Virus genome (UHGV): UHGV-0129770
Length of the DNA stretch: 45,743 nucleotides
Reading direction: 5' to 3' (one strand)
From: a virus
The notes beneath the pieces were generated by a model. It was given only the letters and a program-made list of their open reading frames with translations. It searched no databases and had not been told where the DNA came from. A program made the translations under genes and the position numbers. Of this stretch, positions 1-9,527 are shown piece after piece. Numbering within the stretch: the stretch's first letter is position 1; each line of letters begins with the position of its first letter.

Positions 1-93
1 TTCTTCTGCTGGCAGTACAACGTTGCTACCAGGTCCGTATGTTTCGCGCCACTGCTTGATTGTCAGTAGTCGCTCTTTGGTTATAGTGGTCAT
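1..93 (-). CDS. hypothetical protein, N-terminal fragment (gene runs off the window start)
   Basis: ATG at 93..91 overlaps (ATGA) the stop of the 90..299 ORF; reads MTTITKERLLTIKQWRETYGP...; absent from ORF track because truncated by window edge. Confidence 0.3.
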   Translation of the reverse strand, partial: MTTITKERLLTIKQWRETYGPGSNVVLPAEE

Positions 94-299
94 TTGTTAA
101 CCCTCAAAACTTTATGCCCGGGCGCAAAAGCACGCGTTTTGTCTTTGCTTATTCGCCAGCCATCCTTGCGCGCCTCTTTTGCACAGCCAGTCCATGACGT
201 ACCTATATACTCACCGAAGTCTGGCACTGGATATACACCTTCCGTGCACTGACGGCAGTCACAATAGAGATGCATTGTGTAACTTGCGGCAATAGCCAT
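90..299 (-). CDS. small Cys-rich hypothetical phage protein
   Basis: ORF track; member of contiguous minus-strand operon; paired Cys motifs (CDCRQC ... WTGC). Confidence 0.4.
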   Translation of the reverse strand: MAIAASYTMHLYCDCRQCTEGVYPVPDFGEYIGTSWTGCAKEARKDGWRISKDKTRAFAPGHKVLRVNK

Positions 300-300
300 A

Positions 301-765
301 TCACCCTCCTTTACCCTGAAGCATGGCGTCGCTCCGCTCTATACCATCCAGCGCGATTCGCAGTGCCTGAATTGTGGTAGTGCTATCGTTTGGGGCTATT
401 CCATATCGCTCGAATACAGCTAAATGGTTGCGCATAATCTCAGGCGTAAGCTCTTTGTAAGCATAAGCAAGAGGCTCTGATGCATTATCCGGCACAACCG
501 ACGCAGGCGCGGCAGCATAAACAGGAATAACGTCCGCTTGCTCTTTATTGCTTTCATCCGTTAAAGCCCAGAATAATTTCCCGGCCGGATGTTTGAAAAT
601 ATAAGCAACTGGTTCTGCACTATCAGCTTCGCGCCGCTTCTGTAGCTCTGCTGCCATTGCTCTCACGACTTCAACTGGTGCCCTTGCGGCAAACTCTATG
701 TTGGTGATCAGCTCATTAAGATATTGCTCGCTGGGATACTGTTTCTTATTGGTAATAGTGGTCAT
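301..765 (-). CDS. hypothetical phage protein
   Basis: ORF track; 1-nt gap to neighbours, same strand; no recognisable motif. Confidence 0.45.
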   Translation of the reverse strand: MTTITNKKQYPSEQYLNELITNIEFAARAPVEVVRAMAAELQKRREADSAEPVAYIFKHPAGKLFWALTDESNKEQADVIPVYAAAPASVVPDNASEPLAYAYKELTPEIMRNHLAVFERYGIAPNDSTTTIQALRIALDGIERSDAMLQGKGG

Positions 766-1277
766 GCCGCGTTTCCTTCTTTCTTATTAACAATTACACC
801 GTCATATATTTCATTAAGGTGCCCTCTCAACTCCATGCGCCTTAATGCAGATAACATGTAATCGCATTCAACCTGCTTATTTCCAGTAAATGGCTTATCG
901 TCAGGATTACCCCAACAGCAATTACCCTTGGGCCACCCATGTACTTTCCGTACTCTTCCGTTAACAACGTGAAGTAATCCCCAGCCAGGTGGTAAATCCT
1001 CAATTGAAATAATTCCCGGCTCACTAATAAAGAATCGCCAGTCGCCCATTCCAAGAGACGGATTTTTACGAAAACGCTTTTTTCTATCTGCCAACAAGTC
1101 AGCACGAGAACACTTCGCCTCTATCAGGCATGATGCTGAATTTCTGAATCCCATAGCATCTGGCTGTTCTCCGGTACTGGTTACAGCTATAAAGCGGTCA
1201 TGAAAACAAACCTTGAACCCGTTGCGCTTAAGGAACTTGTACGCAATCTGACAGAGTTCGCGGTGTGTTAACGCCAT
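762..1277 (-). CDS. hypothetical protein (possible nuclease-like fold, D...IEAK motif)
   Basis: ORF track frame 762..1349; start moved to in-frame ATG 1277..1275, which has an AAGGAG SD 6 nt upstream and directly abuts the stop of the 1279..1467 ORF. Confidence 0.4.
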   Translation of the reverse strand: MALTHRELCQIAYKFLKRNGFKVCFHDRFIAVTSTGEQPDAMGFRNSASCLIEAKCSRADLLADRKKRFRKNPSLGMGDWRFFISEPGIISIEDLPPGWGLLHVVNGRVRKVHGWPKGNCCWGNPDDKPFTGNKQVECDYMLSALRRMELRGHLNEIYDGVIVNKKEGNAA

Positions 1278-1278
1278 A

Positions 1279-1467
1279 TCACTCTCCTTTAGTGCGCAAG
1301 TGGTTTTTCCAGCGGTTTTGCGCCGCGCTGGGCTTTTTGCAAAAACCACAATCCATCATCCCGTAATATTTCATCAACCCCATCCGTCGGTTGCTGAGTC
1401 TCACCCACTGCCAGACGCCAGGAGCGTTTCTACGAACTAACAGAATCTTTGCTTTACGGTTTTTCAT
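1279..1467 (-). CDS. small basic hypothetical protein
   Basis: ORF track; ATGA start/stop overlap with an unlisted upstream 58-aa ORF (1464..1640), itself TAATG-coupled to the 1640..2434 gene. Confidence 0.3.
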   Translation of the reverse strand: MKNRKAKILLVRRNAPGVWQWVRLSNRRMGLMKYYGMMDCGFCKKPSAAQNRWKNHLRTKGE

Positions 1468-1639
1468 CGCTTTGCTCTCCTGCGTCTCTTTGCTGCTCGT
1501 CGTGCCGCTGCAATACCGGTATGGCGGCGCTTTGGTGCCGGGATGATGTTGTCAGCCATCAGGACATGTGGCTTTGCAATTAGCGCAGAAGCCCAAAAAC
1601 GAGTCGGGTACGGTAACAAGCCGATACATGCCACACGCA

Positions 1640-2434
1640 TTACTCACCTCCTTTGATGCGAATGCCTGCGGCGCGGATTGCAGCGATGACTTCAGAAACT
1701 TTGTATGCCATTACCGTTTGGTAATCATCGTGAAAATCTGTTCGATGAAGCATGCTGCTACGTTCCGGGAGCGATATTTCCCGAGCATCCAGTTCCTTAA
1801 CGCGTTCCTCCAGTTCGTAGACCCTGCATTGTTCTCTATCATCAATCAGATATAACCCAAGACATTCGCTTTCTACCCAACCGCCAAAATCATGATCGTA
1901 ACGCTCACATGAAAACTCACCGTCACCGTCCTTTGTTGGAATGGTGTAACTATCTAATGGGCCACCATATGTCGGCACATTTCCCAATGTTGGATGCTCA
2001 ATCCACATGAAAAATGCACGTCCGGTTATTGGGCAAATATCTGGCCGCCATTGGTTACGAACAGCCTTGGTTTCGGATAATTCTTCAGCGTGTTGTTTTA
2101 CTTCCTCAAGCTCAACTCTCAGCTTCCCTACCGTTAGCGCAATATCCTCGTTCTCCTGATCGCGGCGTTTTATGTATTGCTGGTTTCTTTCCCGTTCATC
2201 CAGTAGTGCCAAAGCAACCTTTGGGTTGAACGCGGCAACATAACGAGCGTTGTTCTCTGCATTTTTCTGTCCATCAAAGCCGGTCCATTTGATAACGTCT
2301 TCACATCGTTCATCACCGGGCGTGTGCACCGCATAAGTACCAGTATCCGTCGAAATAAATGCGACCCATTCGTCTGGTGTTGCCTTTTCTGCCGCCTCAC
2401 GCAGTACCTGATAGTCAATTGTCATTCTCGCCAT
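1640..2434 (-). CDS. Ea22-like modular phage protein, paralog 1
   Basis: ORF track; central coiled coil LTVGKLRVELEEVKQ and C-terminal ...IRAAGIRIKGGE tail shared with ORFs at 6878, 7516 and 8732. Confidence 0.5.
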   Translation of the reverse strand: MARMTIDYQVLREAAEKATPDEWVAFISTDTGTYAVHTPGDERCEDVIKWTGFDGQKNAENNARYVAAFNPKVALALLDERERNQQYIKRRDQENEDIALTVGKLRVELEEVKQHAEELSETKAVRNQWRPDICPITGRAFFMWIEHPTLGNVPTYGGPLDSYTIPTKDGDGEFSCERYDHDFGGWVESECLGLYLIDDREQCRVYELEERVKELDAREISLPERSSMLHRTDFHDDYQTVMAYKVSEVIAAIRAAGIRIKGGE

Positions 2435-3066
2435 CCTTCACAGTTGTAATCACGACAGCCTTCAAAATCATATGGGCTGTACTGCCAGGTGATTTTTCCG
2501 CAATGCGGACAATTCCAACGCACCTTCCCGCTTCGCGACTTCTTTCTTCTGTTCTGCTTTTTCAACCAGTCAGGCATGACCAAACCTGCGCCCTGAACCA
2601 TTGTTCTGCGGTTAAATTTATTGATATTGAACGTCCGGCGCTTTGCTGCATCAGCAATGGAAAATGGCAACCAAACTATTCCTGGTTCGTTTTTGTTGGC
2701 GACGCTAAAGATGGTCGCTTTACTGAAGTCATCTGTTGGCAATCCACCGTGTTGAAGCCAGTAAACATCGTTGCCGTTCCAGCTACCTTTTTTGTAGGCC
2801 ACATACGCAGTGCAATCTGACTCAATCAGGCTTTCTGTAGGGATGTACTGGCAATCAACGTGCCACACTGCCATTGCATCCACGCTATCCGCGCAAACAG
2901 GCTGATCGATATCTCGCCCACAATTCCAGGCTTTTTGGGCTTCTTCCAGCGTGTAAACATGAGCGCGATCGATATCAGAACTGTAACCATTGCCGTTATG
3001 GCAATGGAATGAGGCGTTATTACCCACAGTTTCACGCAAGCACATCAGGTAAAAGCGGTTATTCAC
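2422..3066 (-). CDS. hypothetical protein with C-terminal Cys-rich zinc-ribbon-like motif
   Basis: ORF track; C-terminus WNCPHCGK...CRDYNCEGW. Confidence 0.45.
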   Translation of the reverse strand: MNNRFYLMCLRETVGNNASFHCHNGNGYSSDIDRAHVYTLEEAQKAWNCGRDIDQPVCADSVDAMAVWHVDCQYIPTESLIESDCTAYVAYKKGSWNGNDVYWLQHGGLPTDDFSKATIFSVANKNEPGIVWLPFSIADAAKRRTFNINKFNRRTMVQGAGLVMPDWLKKQNRRKKSRSGKVRWNCPHCGKITWQYSPYDFEGCRDYNCEGWRE

Positions 3067-3343
3067 TGGTTGCCTCCGCTTCCCACGTTTTCAGACTTTC
3101 ACCACAGAACGGGCAAAATGAAACTCGAATAGGCGATTTAGAAAATTCACCAGACCGCAGCATGATCAGGTCTTGTGAATGAATTAATGCATGGTTATAG
3201 ATTTTGTATTTCAGCAGACCTTTTCGCGTCGTGTATTCAGCGTCATGCTCCAGGGATTGCGTCAACGCCGCGCACGGTTCTATCTTGTTGCCATTAATTT
3301 GGCATTTTGACTCACTCACTGGTTGCCCCCTGAATACGCTCAA
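3059..3343 (-). CDS. hypothetical protein
   Basis: ORF track; overlaps neighbours by a few nt in the operon. Confidence 0.35.
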   Translation of the reverse strand: MSVFRGQPVSESKCQINGNKIEPCAALTQSLEHDAEYTTRKGLLKYKIYNHALIHSQDLIMLRSGEFSKSPIRVSFCPFCGESLKTWEAEATSE

Positions 3344-4046
3344 ACTCGATTACCCACACCCAGGGATTAGCGTTCCAGCATTCTTCACCATAGATGGATT
3401 CCCACAGGCGCTGGAACGCAACCTTGGCCATTGCGAAATCTCCCTTGGGAGTTAGGAATGTTCCCGGGTGATCAGGAAGCAAACTTCCAGCAGGCTGAAC
3501 GCCCTCATCCCTTGCATCGCATTCGCTGATATCGTTCAACCGCTCAACGCGCACGTTGGTAATTTCCAACAGGATGCGTGATGCCCATCGCGGCATGTGA
3601 ATTGATGGACGCCACCCGCCATCAAACTTTTCATTCACAGTGTGAGGTTTCCAGTCGGCATCATCGGATATCGACCACAAACCGTAATCACCAGGCTTTT
3701 GCTCACAACTGGCCCGATAAATCCTTGCTGCGTTCTTCTCATCGCCACGACAAAGGTTGTCGTTCCAGTCCACACTGCAACCATCCTCATTGCCTAATAT
3801 CGCCCACGCCTCACGGACCCATATGCGATCACCAACGTTACCGAACGGGCATAAACCATGTTCAGGTGCATCCATAACGTGGGTATAGACACCATTGCGT
3901 TTCTTTGTCGGTTTACGGATAACTAGGCAGTTATCGGCCCTGACATTTTTTACAGGTCGGCGAGTCTGCGTCTTCCTTCCTTCGAGGATGGCCCTGACCA
4001 TCTCATCGTTAAAAATCATCCCACGTTCTTTCATTTTTTGATCCAC
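3312..4046 (-). CDS. hypothetical phage protein, possible ASCH-like domain
   Basis: N-terminal MIFNDEMVRAILEGRKTQTRR resembles the ASCH GxKxxxxR motif region; call from memory only. Confidence 0.35.
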   Translation of the reverse strand: MDQKMKERGMIFNDEMVRAILEGRKTQTRRPVKNVRADNCLVIRKPTKKRNGVYTHVMDAPEHGLCPFGNVGDRIWVREAWAILGNEDGCSVDWNDNLCRGDEKNAARIYRASCEQKPGDYGLWSISDDADWKPHTVNEKFDGGWRPSIHMPRWASRILLEITNVRVERLNDISECDARDEGVQPAGSLLPDHPGTFLTPKGDFAMAKVAFQRLWESIYGEECWNANPWVWVIEFERIQGATSE

Positions 4047-4050
4047 CTCA

Positions 4051-5046
4051 TCAGTTATTGAACGTGATCACTCCGCGCTCGATGGCGAAGTCAAAAAGCT
4101 GGTTAGCGGCTACGTAAAGGCGTATGCCATGTGCTTTTTCCCATGCCCGAACATCGTTTTCTGCGCTTCTGGCGCAGTCATCGCAAAGAGGAACAGCCCA
4201 GCGGTCGTGTTCGTTTAACGAGCGGGCGCGGTACATGAACGGGTGGTTAACTTTGCCACCGCATCCGATGCACGGACGAGAAACCACAAACCGGAGATAA
4301 GCCGGGCTTTTACCGAGGACCGCTTTTGGTCGGCGCATATAAAGCAGGCCGGAATCCTCATCTACAGACAGGTTGACGATCTGCTCTGCGGTTATGTCCA
4401 CCAGCTCGCGGGTACTGTGCTCCCAGGTGATATCTGATTCTTTCAGCGTACCGGTAGGGATTTCAGTTTTTGGCTGACAAAATGCAATGCGACCAGCTTC
4501 ATCAGGCAGTTCGTCTTTAAGATTCCGGCGAATGGCCCAAAAGGTGAGTTCAACCATGCTCAGATCGCGATCTGGCGGAAGTTTTAACTCGCTGGCAGCC
4601 CAGTTCATAATCCAGTTGGCGCGATTCCGTGACAGTTGGTCTTCCAGCTTGCCGTATCCCTTCATCATGTATTCCGCATCATGCTTCCAGCACAGGCGAA
4701 CGGCAGAACCGTTATAGAAATGGGTGGTTAGCTGGTGGCTGCAATCGCGCTTATCATGCGCCTGGCAATCGTGAATGTTGGTGCTAACCCAGTGAACGAG
4801 AGAATCCTCACCACCTAACGCGTTAAATACACGCTCACTTTGAAAAAAGGGTGCCAGTGACTGGTTGGCAACCAGTGAATAATTCAGGTCAACGACACCA
4901 TCAGGGGTGTTTTCAGCCTGTTCACGCGGCAATGGGGATATAAGAAAACGGCGTCCTGCGCCGATGTAATTGCTGGTGGGCTTATCTACAGGAAAGACAG
5001 CCACACCAGTTTCATTTACGACATATGGGGTGATTATTGCACTCAT
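4051..5046 (-). CDS. hypothetical protein with C-terminal Cys cluster (CIGCGG ... CDDC)
   Basis: ORF track; ATG at 5046..5044 checked in sequence; operator-like inverted repeat 45-70 nt upstream. Confidence 0.45.
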   Translation of the reverse strand: MSAIITPYVVNETGVAVFPVDKPTSNYIGAGRRFLISPLPREQAENTPDGVVDLNYSLVANQSLAPFFQSERVFNALGGEDSLVHWVSTNIHDCQAHDKRDCSHQLTTHFYNGSAVRLCWKHDAEYMMKGYGKLEDQLSRNRANWIMNWAASELKLPPDRDLSMVELTFWAIRRNLKDELPDEAGRIAFCQPKTEIPTGTLKESDITWEHSTRELVDITAEQIVNLSVDEDSGLLYMRRPKAVLGKSPAYLRFVVSRPCIGCGGKVNHPFMYRARSLNEHDRWAVPLCDDCARSAENDVRAWEKAHGIRLYVAANQLFDFAIERGVITFNN

Positions 5047-5089
5047 AATGCATACCGACTCTGTTTTGTTCCGATCGGTAAAATAATAT

Positions 5090-5117
5090 GTTAGAAAACT
5101 AAAATCAATGTTCTAAC
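5090..5117. promoter_or_regulatory. operator-like inverted repeat GTTAGA-N16-TCTAAC (site A)
   Basis: GTTAGA at 5090..5095, TCTAAC at 5112..5117, 16-nt spacer; same architecture at 10343 and 22242. Confidence 0.45.
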
Positions 5118-5143
5118 GTGATTTGAGTGCGTAAATGATTTGA

Positions 5144-5836
5144 TCAGACTTTAAGCTGCCCTCCCTTCACCTGCATTAGCGTCAGATTTCCGCAAAAAAC
5201 CGCGCCCGTGTCTATGTAGTGCTGATTCCAGTATGCTTTTGGTCTTCGTACCGGTGTGTGCCCAAAGATAAAGCGATCTGCGCCTGTGATTTCTCCACCA
5301 ATGCCATCTATCGAATCACCGACGCGACTGCGCGACCAGACAACATCAAAAAACGACACATCCTTACCGAACTGGTACTCTCCACCTGGATAGTCGGCAT
5401 GGGCTATAACGATAGTTTCATGCCCGGTGTTCAACTCAATGATATATGGCAGACGCTTTACCAGCTCCACCAGCGCCTTGGCTAATATTTCCTGATCAGT
5501 GCCCAGCATGAAGAACCATTGTCCGCCATTAATTAGCCAGTTATTCACGTTGCCATCAGGACTTAACGCATCAAGCATCAACCGCTCATGGTTCCCCATT
5601 ACTGCCCTGAACCAGGGCATCTGCAATAGTTCCAGACATTCGACATTTTCAGTACCGCGATCGATAAGGTCGCCAACCGATATCAGTAAATCCTGCGCCG
5701 GGTCAAAATCCACACGATGGAGTTCGGACATCAGTCTGGTGTAGCAACCATGCAGATCACCAACAACCCATATGTTTCTGTAGCCAGAACCATCAATACG
5801 GCTATATAAATTCACTTCATGCATAGTCTGGATCAT
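5144..5836 (-). CDS. serine/threonine protein phosphatase, lambda-type metallophosphoesterase
   Basis: Motifs GDLHG, GDLIDRG and GNHE; start set to ATG 5836..5834, which overlaps (ATGA) the stop of the upstream ORF. Confidence 0.85.
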   Translation of the reverse strand: MIQTMHEVNLYSRIDGSGYRNIWVVGDLHGCYTRLMSELHRVDFDPAQDLLISVGDLIDRGTENVECLELLQMPWFRAVMGNHERLMLDALSPDGNVNNWLINGGQWFFMLGTDQEILAKALVELVKRLPYIIELNTGHETIVIAHADYPGGEYQFGKDVSFFDVVWSRSRVGDSIDGIGGEITGADRFIFGHTPVRRPKAYWNQHYIDTGAVFCGNLTLMQVKGGQLKV

Positions 5837-6144
5837 GCGGCAACCTTCTCCCGCAGCCAGATACAAACTGGACCATCTTCAGTGTCATGAATAGAGCCAA
5901 CAAACCAGCCTTCACCCTCTGGTCGCTCCGGTTCCCAGGCGGCAATATCGGGACCAGCTGCGTCCAGATCAAAATCATCTTCATCCATACTGCGAATAGT
6001 CCACTGAAGATTATTTTCCTTCATCCAGGCGTCAAATTCCTCAGTGGAAATATATTCACGACCTGCGCAAAACTTCTCATACTCCGGATGTGTCCAGCAG
6101 CCATATTCATCACGTTCTACCGGCATTTCTTTAATGATGCTCAC
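5833..6144 (-). CDS. hypothetical acidic protein
   Basis: ORF track; GTG start at 6144 checked; coupled to the phosphatase gene. Confidence 0.4.
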   Translation of the reverse strand: MSIIKEMPVERDEYGCWTHPEYEKFCAGREYISTEEFDAWMKENNLQWTIRSMDEDDFDLDAAGPDIAAWEPERPEGEGWFVGSIHDTEDGPVCIWLREKVAA

Positions 6145-6365
6145 TCTTCATCCTCCAAGTCGGCAACGGCCTCCATCACATCAGAACCGCGAATAACCTC
6201 AAAAGCACGGCAGGCCATTTCAAACACCTGTTGTTCTTGCGGATGCGGTGACTCCCAATACTTAAAACCAGGTCGATGCTCGTAACCCATCATGGAATAA
6301 AAATCGCCAGCAAGTTCAATCGCGGCATCAACAAGTTCGCGATTTGTCATCGTCTGTTCTGTCAT
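6141..6365 (-). CDS. hypothetical protein
   Basis: ORF track; operon context. Confidence 0.35.
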   Translation of the reverse strand: MTEQTMTNRELVDAAIELAGDFYSMMGYEHRPGFKYWESPHPQEQQVFEMACRAFEVIRGSDVMEAVADLEDEE

Positions 6366-6636
6366 TTGGTTTCTCCTGTCTGAACATCACTATCATCAGG
6401 TCGCCTTTTATCGCTATTCTGGCTGTTGTGCCTGGTTCAATGCGGCTAAGTTCAAATGCGTCATAGAACGCTTCTAATGCCTTCTGGCGTAGTTCCTGTT
6501 TGCGCCGTTTTTTCCACTCTTTTAGGAAAATGGAACCCAGCCATCGCCAGGTACGGGACATGATGTAAAGCCAACCGAGAAGTGCCAGACCGGTATTTAG
6601 GGCCGTATCGATCGTTATCGTGGTGTCGATATTCAC
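6328..6636 (-). CDS. hypothetical membrane-associated protein
   Basis: ORF track; hydrophobic stretch LALLGWLYIM; overlaps neighbour start, so its own start is uncertain. Confidence 0.35.
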   Translation of the reverse strand: MNIDTTITIDTALNTGLALLGWLYIMSRTWRWLGSIFLKEWKKRRKQELRQKALEAFYDAFELSRIEPGTTARIAIKGDLMIVMFRQEKPNDRTDDDKSRTC

Positions 6637-6881
6637 TGTGGTGGCTCCTGCTTTTCTGCCTTTAATACCATGCGAGAACCATCATCCAGCTCCCAATTAA
6701 TTTCACCGCCTTCAGCCATGACTAGATGCCAAACGAGTTGTGCGGCCTCGTTGGTTACATCACGACCGCGATCATTGCCGACACGACGTTTTGTTCCATC
6801 CCCTAAGTCACGCATTTTTGCCAACACGATGGTTTTTGATAGCGGTGAAAAACCAAGCTGTAGTCGTGCGGTATTACTCAC
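6633..6881 (-). CDS. hypothetical protein
   Basis: ORF track; operon context. Confidence 0.35.
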   Translation of the reverse strand: MSNTARLQLGFSPLSKTIVLAKMRDLGDGTKRRVGNDRGRDVTNEAAQLVWHLVMAEGGEINWELDDGSRMVLKAEKQEPPQ

Positions 6882-7519
6882 TGTTTGCCTCCTTTTCGAA
6901 GCTGGTCAGCGAACCTATCAGCTGCATCCGCGCAAGCAGAAGCAACGGAATCAAAAAATGGATCATCTCCGGTATCGCGCATCGTCAAAGCGAATGCCTC
7001 CACCCCTTGTGCCTGTATTTCTACAAGGTATGCCTTAGATGTAGTGCTTTTCGCCTCGCCTAATTCGTTATGAGCGATGTTCGCTATACATGCGATGTCT
7101 ATATCTGGATGATTAATTGGGCAATGGCTAAGAATTGCCTCAAGTGCTGCTTTTTTGCTTTGGCATTCCGCCACCATCGCCCCGCAATTGCTTTCATATT
7201 CGGCAATACGCTGTTTAGCAGCCTCCAGCTCAACACGCAGCTTCTCAAGCGTTAGAGCCATCTCCATGTTCTCTTCCAGCAGTTCAATCACATCAGGATC
7301 GCTATCATCAACTACTGTTATGCGCGATTTTTTGTAATGCTCGTCAGCATAAGTTCGTCCAGTTTTGAAGCATCCGTCGTCCTCCATGCCGGAACAGGCA
7401 TAAACAACATGTGATCCAGATATGCGCTGCATTGACATTTCCTCGCCACAAACAGAGCATTTAGGCGCTGGTTTCGGTGAAAAACGTTCACGTAACGTCT
7501 GATAGTAAAGCTCGCTCAC
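6878..7519 (-). CDS. Ea22-like modular phage protein, paralog 2 (N-terminal Cys4 ribbon)
   Basis: CSVCGEE...YACSG ribbon, coiled coil LTLEKLRVELEAAKQRIAE, C-terminal ADQLRKGGKQ. Confidence 0.5.
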   Translation of the reverse strand: MSELYYQTLRERFSPKPAPKCSVCGEEMSMQRISGSHVVYACSGMEDDGCFKTGRTYADEHYKKSRITVVDDSDPDVIELLEENMEMALTLEKLRVELEAAKQRIAEYESNCGAMVAECQSKKAALEAILSHCPINHPDIDIACIANIAHNELGEAKSTTSKAYLVEIQAQGVEAFALTMRDTGDDPFFDSVASACADAADRFADQLRKGGKQ

Positions 7520-8316
7520 TGGCTGCCTCCTTTGCGAAGCTGTTCAGCGATATCTTCGAGAACACCATCAGAGAATGAGCGGTCAAAATCGCCTTCCCGC
7601 GCATTAGCCATAAACTCAGTAGAGGTAAGAATCATCCGGGCAATATCCGCGGCGTTCTTCGCAGTATCATCAATAAAACCAGCTTCCCAGGCAGCCAGCA
7701 TTCTATTCGCCACAAAGTAAGCGCCCTCCTTGCGTGCTTCAGTCTTCACTTCATCCAGGAAAGTGTCGGTCGCAGGAGTGGTTTTTTGTGGTGATAGGGC
7801 GATACGAATTGTTTCAAGAGCTGGATCTATTTCCACTGTTGGCACCTTGATAAAACCAAGCTGCACGCCATTCATAATGAACGTGCGGCGATCCTCACAT
7901 ATCGCCTTCAGTCTCGCATTCTCCGCAGCCAGCGCCGCGCGATTACCCTCCAGCTCTGCAATGCGCTGTTTTGCGGTATCAAGTTCAATCGATAATTTTT
8001 CCAACTGCTCTTGATGCTTCTTGTATTCCTGATATGCGTGCCAGGACTGACCTTTGCGCACACTATCAGTAATATCAGTAATCTGTTCTGGTGTTAGCGT
8101 GGTCAGTGGCTGTGCTGGGAAAATCAGCACTTTCCCGGAATCCCAATCAAAACCAGCGTGAATTGACTGAACCTCAACTGAGGGTGTTGAACCAATGCTG
8201 CCAGGCGAATGAACAACGATCGTTACATCCATATCGCGACGATGGCTGTGGTTGTTGGACAAAATACGATTCAACAAAATACGATTCACCAACTCAGAAA
8301 ATTTGGAGAATTTCAT
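7516..8316 (-). CDS. Ea22-like modular phage protein, paralog 3
   Basis: C-terminal module TPATDTFLDEV...AEQLRKGGSQ is paralogous to the 8732..9220 product; start set to ATG 8316 (GAGG 6 nt upstream) rather than TTG 8328. Confidence 0.5.
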   Translation of the reverse strand: MKFSKFSELVNRILLNRILSNNHSHRRDMDVTIVVHSPGSIGSTPSVEVQSIHAGFDWDSGKVLIFPAQPLTTLTPEQITDITDSVRKGQSWHAYQEYKKHQEQLEKLSIELDTAKQRIAELEGNRAALAAENARLKAICEDRRTFIMNGVQLGFIKVPTVEIDPALETIRIALSPQKTTPATDTFLDEVKTEARKEGAYFVANRMLAAWEAGFIDDTAKNAADIARMILTSTEFMANAREGDFDRSFSDGVLEDIAEQLRKGGSQ

Positions 8317-8324
8317 GCGGAGCC

Positions 8325-8735
8325 TCAATATGCAAAATAGACCGTTGCCACGCCGTTATAGTGATCAAACGATACGGCGTTTACTTCATAACTGGCCGGG
8401 AGCTTCGAGCCAAGAACGTATCCGGGCCACGTTTTCCATGGAATTTCTCTATTCTCACTACCCCCATATACCGTACATCCAAGTGAACCTACAGCTTCAT
8501 TAGAACGCGTGCCGCACGTTATGAATCCCAGATTTTGCTTACTGCTCTTAATGGTGATTGAGTGAACGCTGGCTGATGCATTAGCAGCACGCTGTGCCTG
8601 TTGGTTTGCGATATTCGCAGAGTTCGCAGCAGCTACAGCAGCCGTAGTCGCGGCGGTAGAGGCTACAATAGCTGCTGAAGCATGCACTTGTTGGATATTC
8701 ACCAACAATGCCGCGACAAAAATCATCTTCTTCAC
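8325..8735 (-). CDS. exported hypothetical protein (signal peptide, Ala/Thr-rich)
   Basis: N-terminus MKKMIFVAALLVNIQQVHASAA is signal-peptide-like; nested between Ea22-like paralogs. Confidence 0.5.
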   Translation of the reverse strand: MKKMIFVAALLVNIQQVHASAAIVASTAATTAAVAAANSANIANQQAQRAANASASVHSITIKSSKQNLGFITCGTRSNEAVGSLGCTVYGGSENREIPWKTWPGYVLGSKLPASYEVNAVSFDHYNGVATVYFAY

Positions 8736-9220
8736 TTGTCAGCTCCTTTGCGAATCTGTTCCGCCCATTCTTCAAGGGATTTCTCCGCATATTCACCGGA
8801 CAGGCCATCAATCGGGTGCGGTTCATTAGCCAACTCTTCTTTCGCTGACAGAATCATGCGTGTAACGTCGAAAACTTCACGTAAAGACTTATTGATAAAT
8901 CCGTGGTTGAAAGCAGCAGCAAGACGGCTTGCGGTATAGTTAATCCCCTCGTTGCGAGCCTCCGCACGAATTTCAGCCAGAAAAGCATCGGTGGCTGGAG
9001 TTTCGCTGTGGTGCAGGGCATCGTTGATAATCATTGCAGCAACTCCGGCCTGCCCTGCATCCGTGACCGACACATGCTCAAGAGTTACAGCCATTGCATG
9101 TTTCAGCCCAGCATTCTCCGCCGCCAGCGCCGAGCGTTCTTTCTCAAGTCGGGAAATTTCCGTTACATACTCAGCGTTACGCTCTGCCAGTTGTGCTGGC
9201 GTTAAACCTTCAGACTTCAT
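8732..9220 (-). CDS. Ea22-like modular phage protein, paralog 4
   Basis: TPATDAFLAEIRAEARNEG...WAEQIRKGADK parallels paralog 3. Confidence 0.5.
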   Translation of the reverse strand: MKSEGLTPAQLAERNAEYVTEISRLEKERSALAAENAGLKHAMAVTLEHVSVTDAGQAGVAAMIINDALHHSETPATDAFLAEIRAEARNEGINYTASRLAAAFNHGFINKSLREVFDVTRMILSAKEELANEPHPIDGLSGEYAEKSLEEWAEQIRKGADK

Positions 9221-9527
9221 GTACTCTCCTTTCGAAATAAACGTACTGATTAATCATGCTCAAGGGCATTTCGAGTTTTTCTGCGATCTCACGGCGGGGA
9301 ACACCACACCGATGAAGCTGCCGTGCCAGTTCTATATCGCCCTGCCGGTATTTGGCTGACGGGTGAAAGTCTCCTTTCAGAATCATGCAGATCCGCAGTT
9401 GCCGCGCTTTGGTTCTGACAGCACTACCGGTACGCCCGATCAGCCTCCCAATACTCACGACTGTCATAGTCCCGGCGCACTGGCGGAGTATCATGATTTC
9501 CGCCCTTCCCCATCCCCGCCAGCTCAC
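9210..9527 (-). CDS. hypothetical protein, possible DNA-binding
   Basis: ORF track; basic helix-rich C-terminal half. Confidence 0.35.
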   Translation of the reverse strand: MSWRGWGRAEIMILRQCAGTMTVVSIGRLIGRTGSAVRTKARQLRICMILKGDFHPSAKYRQGDIELARQLHRCGVPRREIAEKLEMPLSMINQYVYFERRVHEV

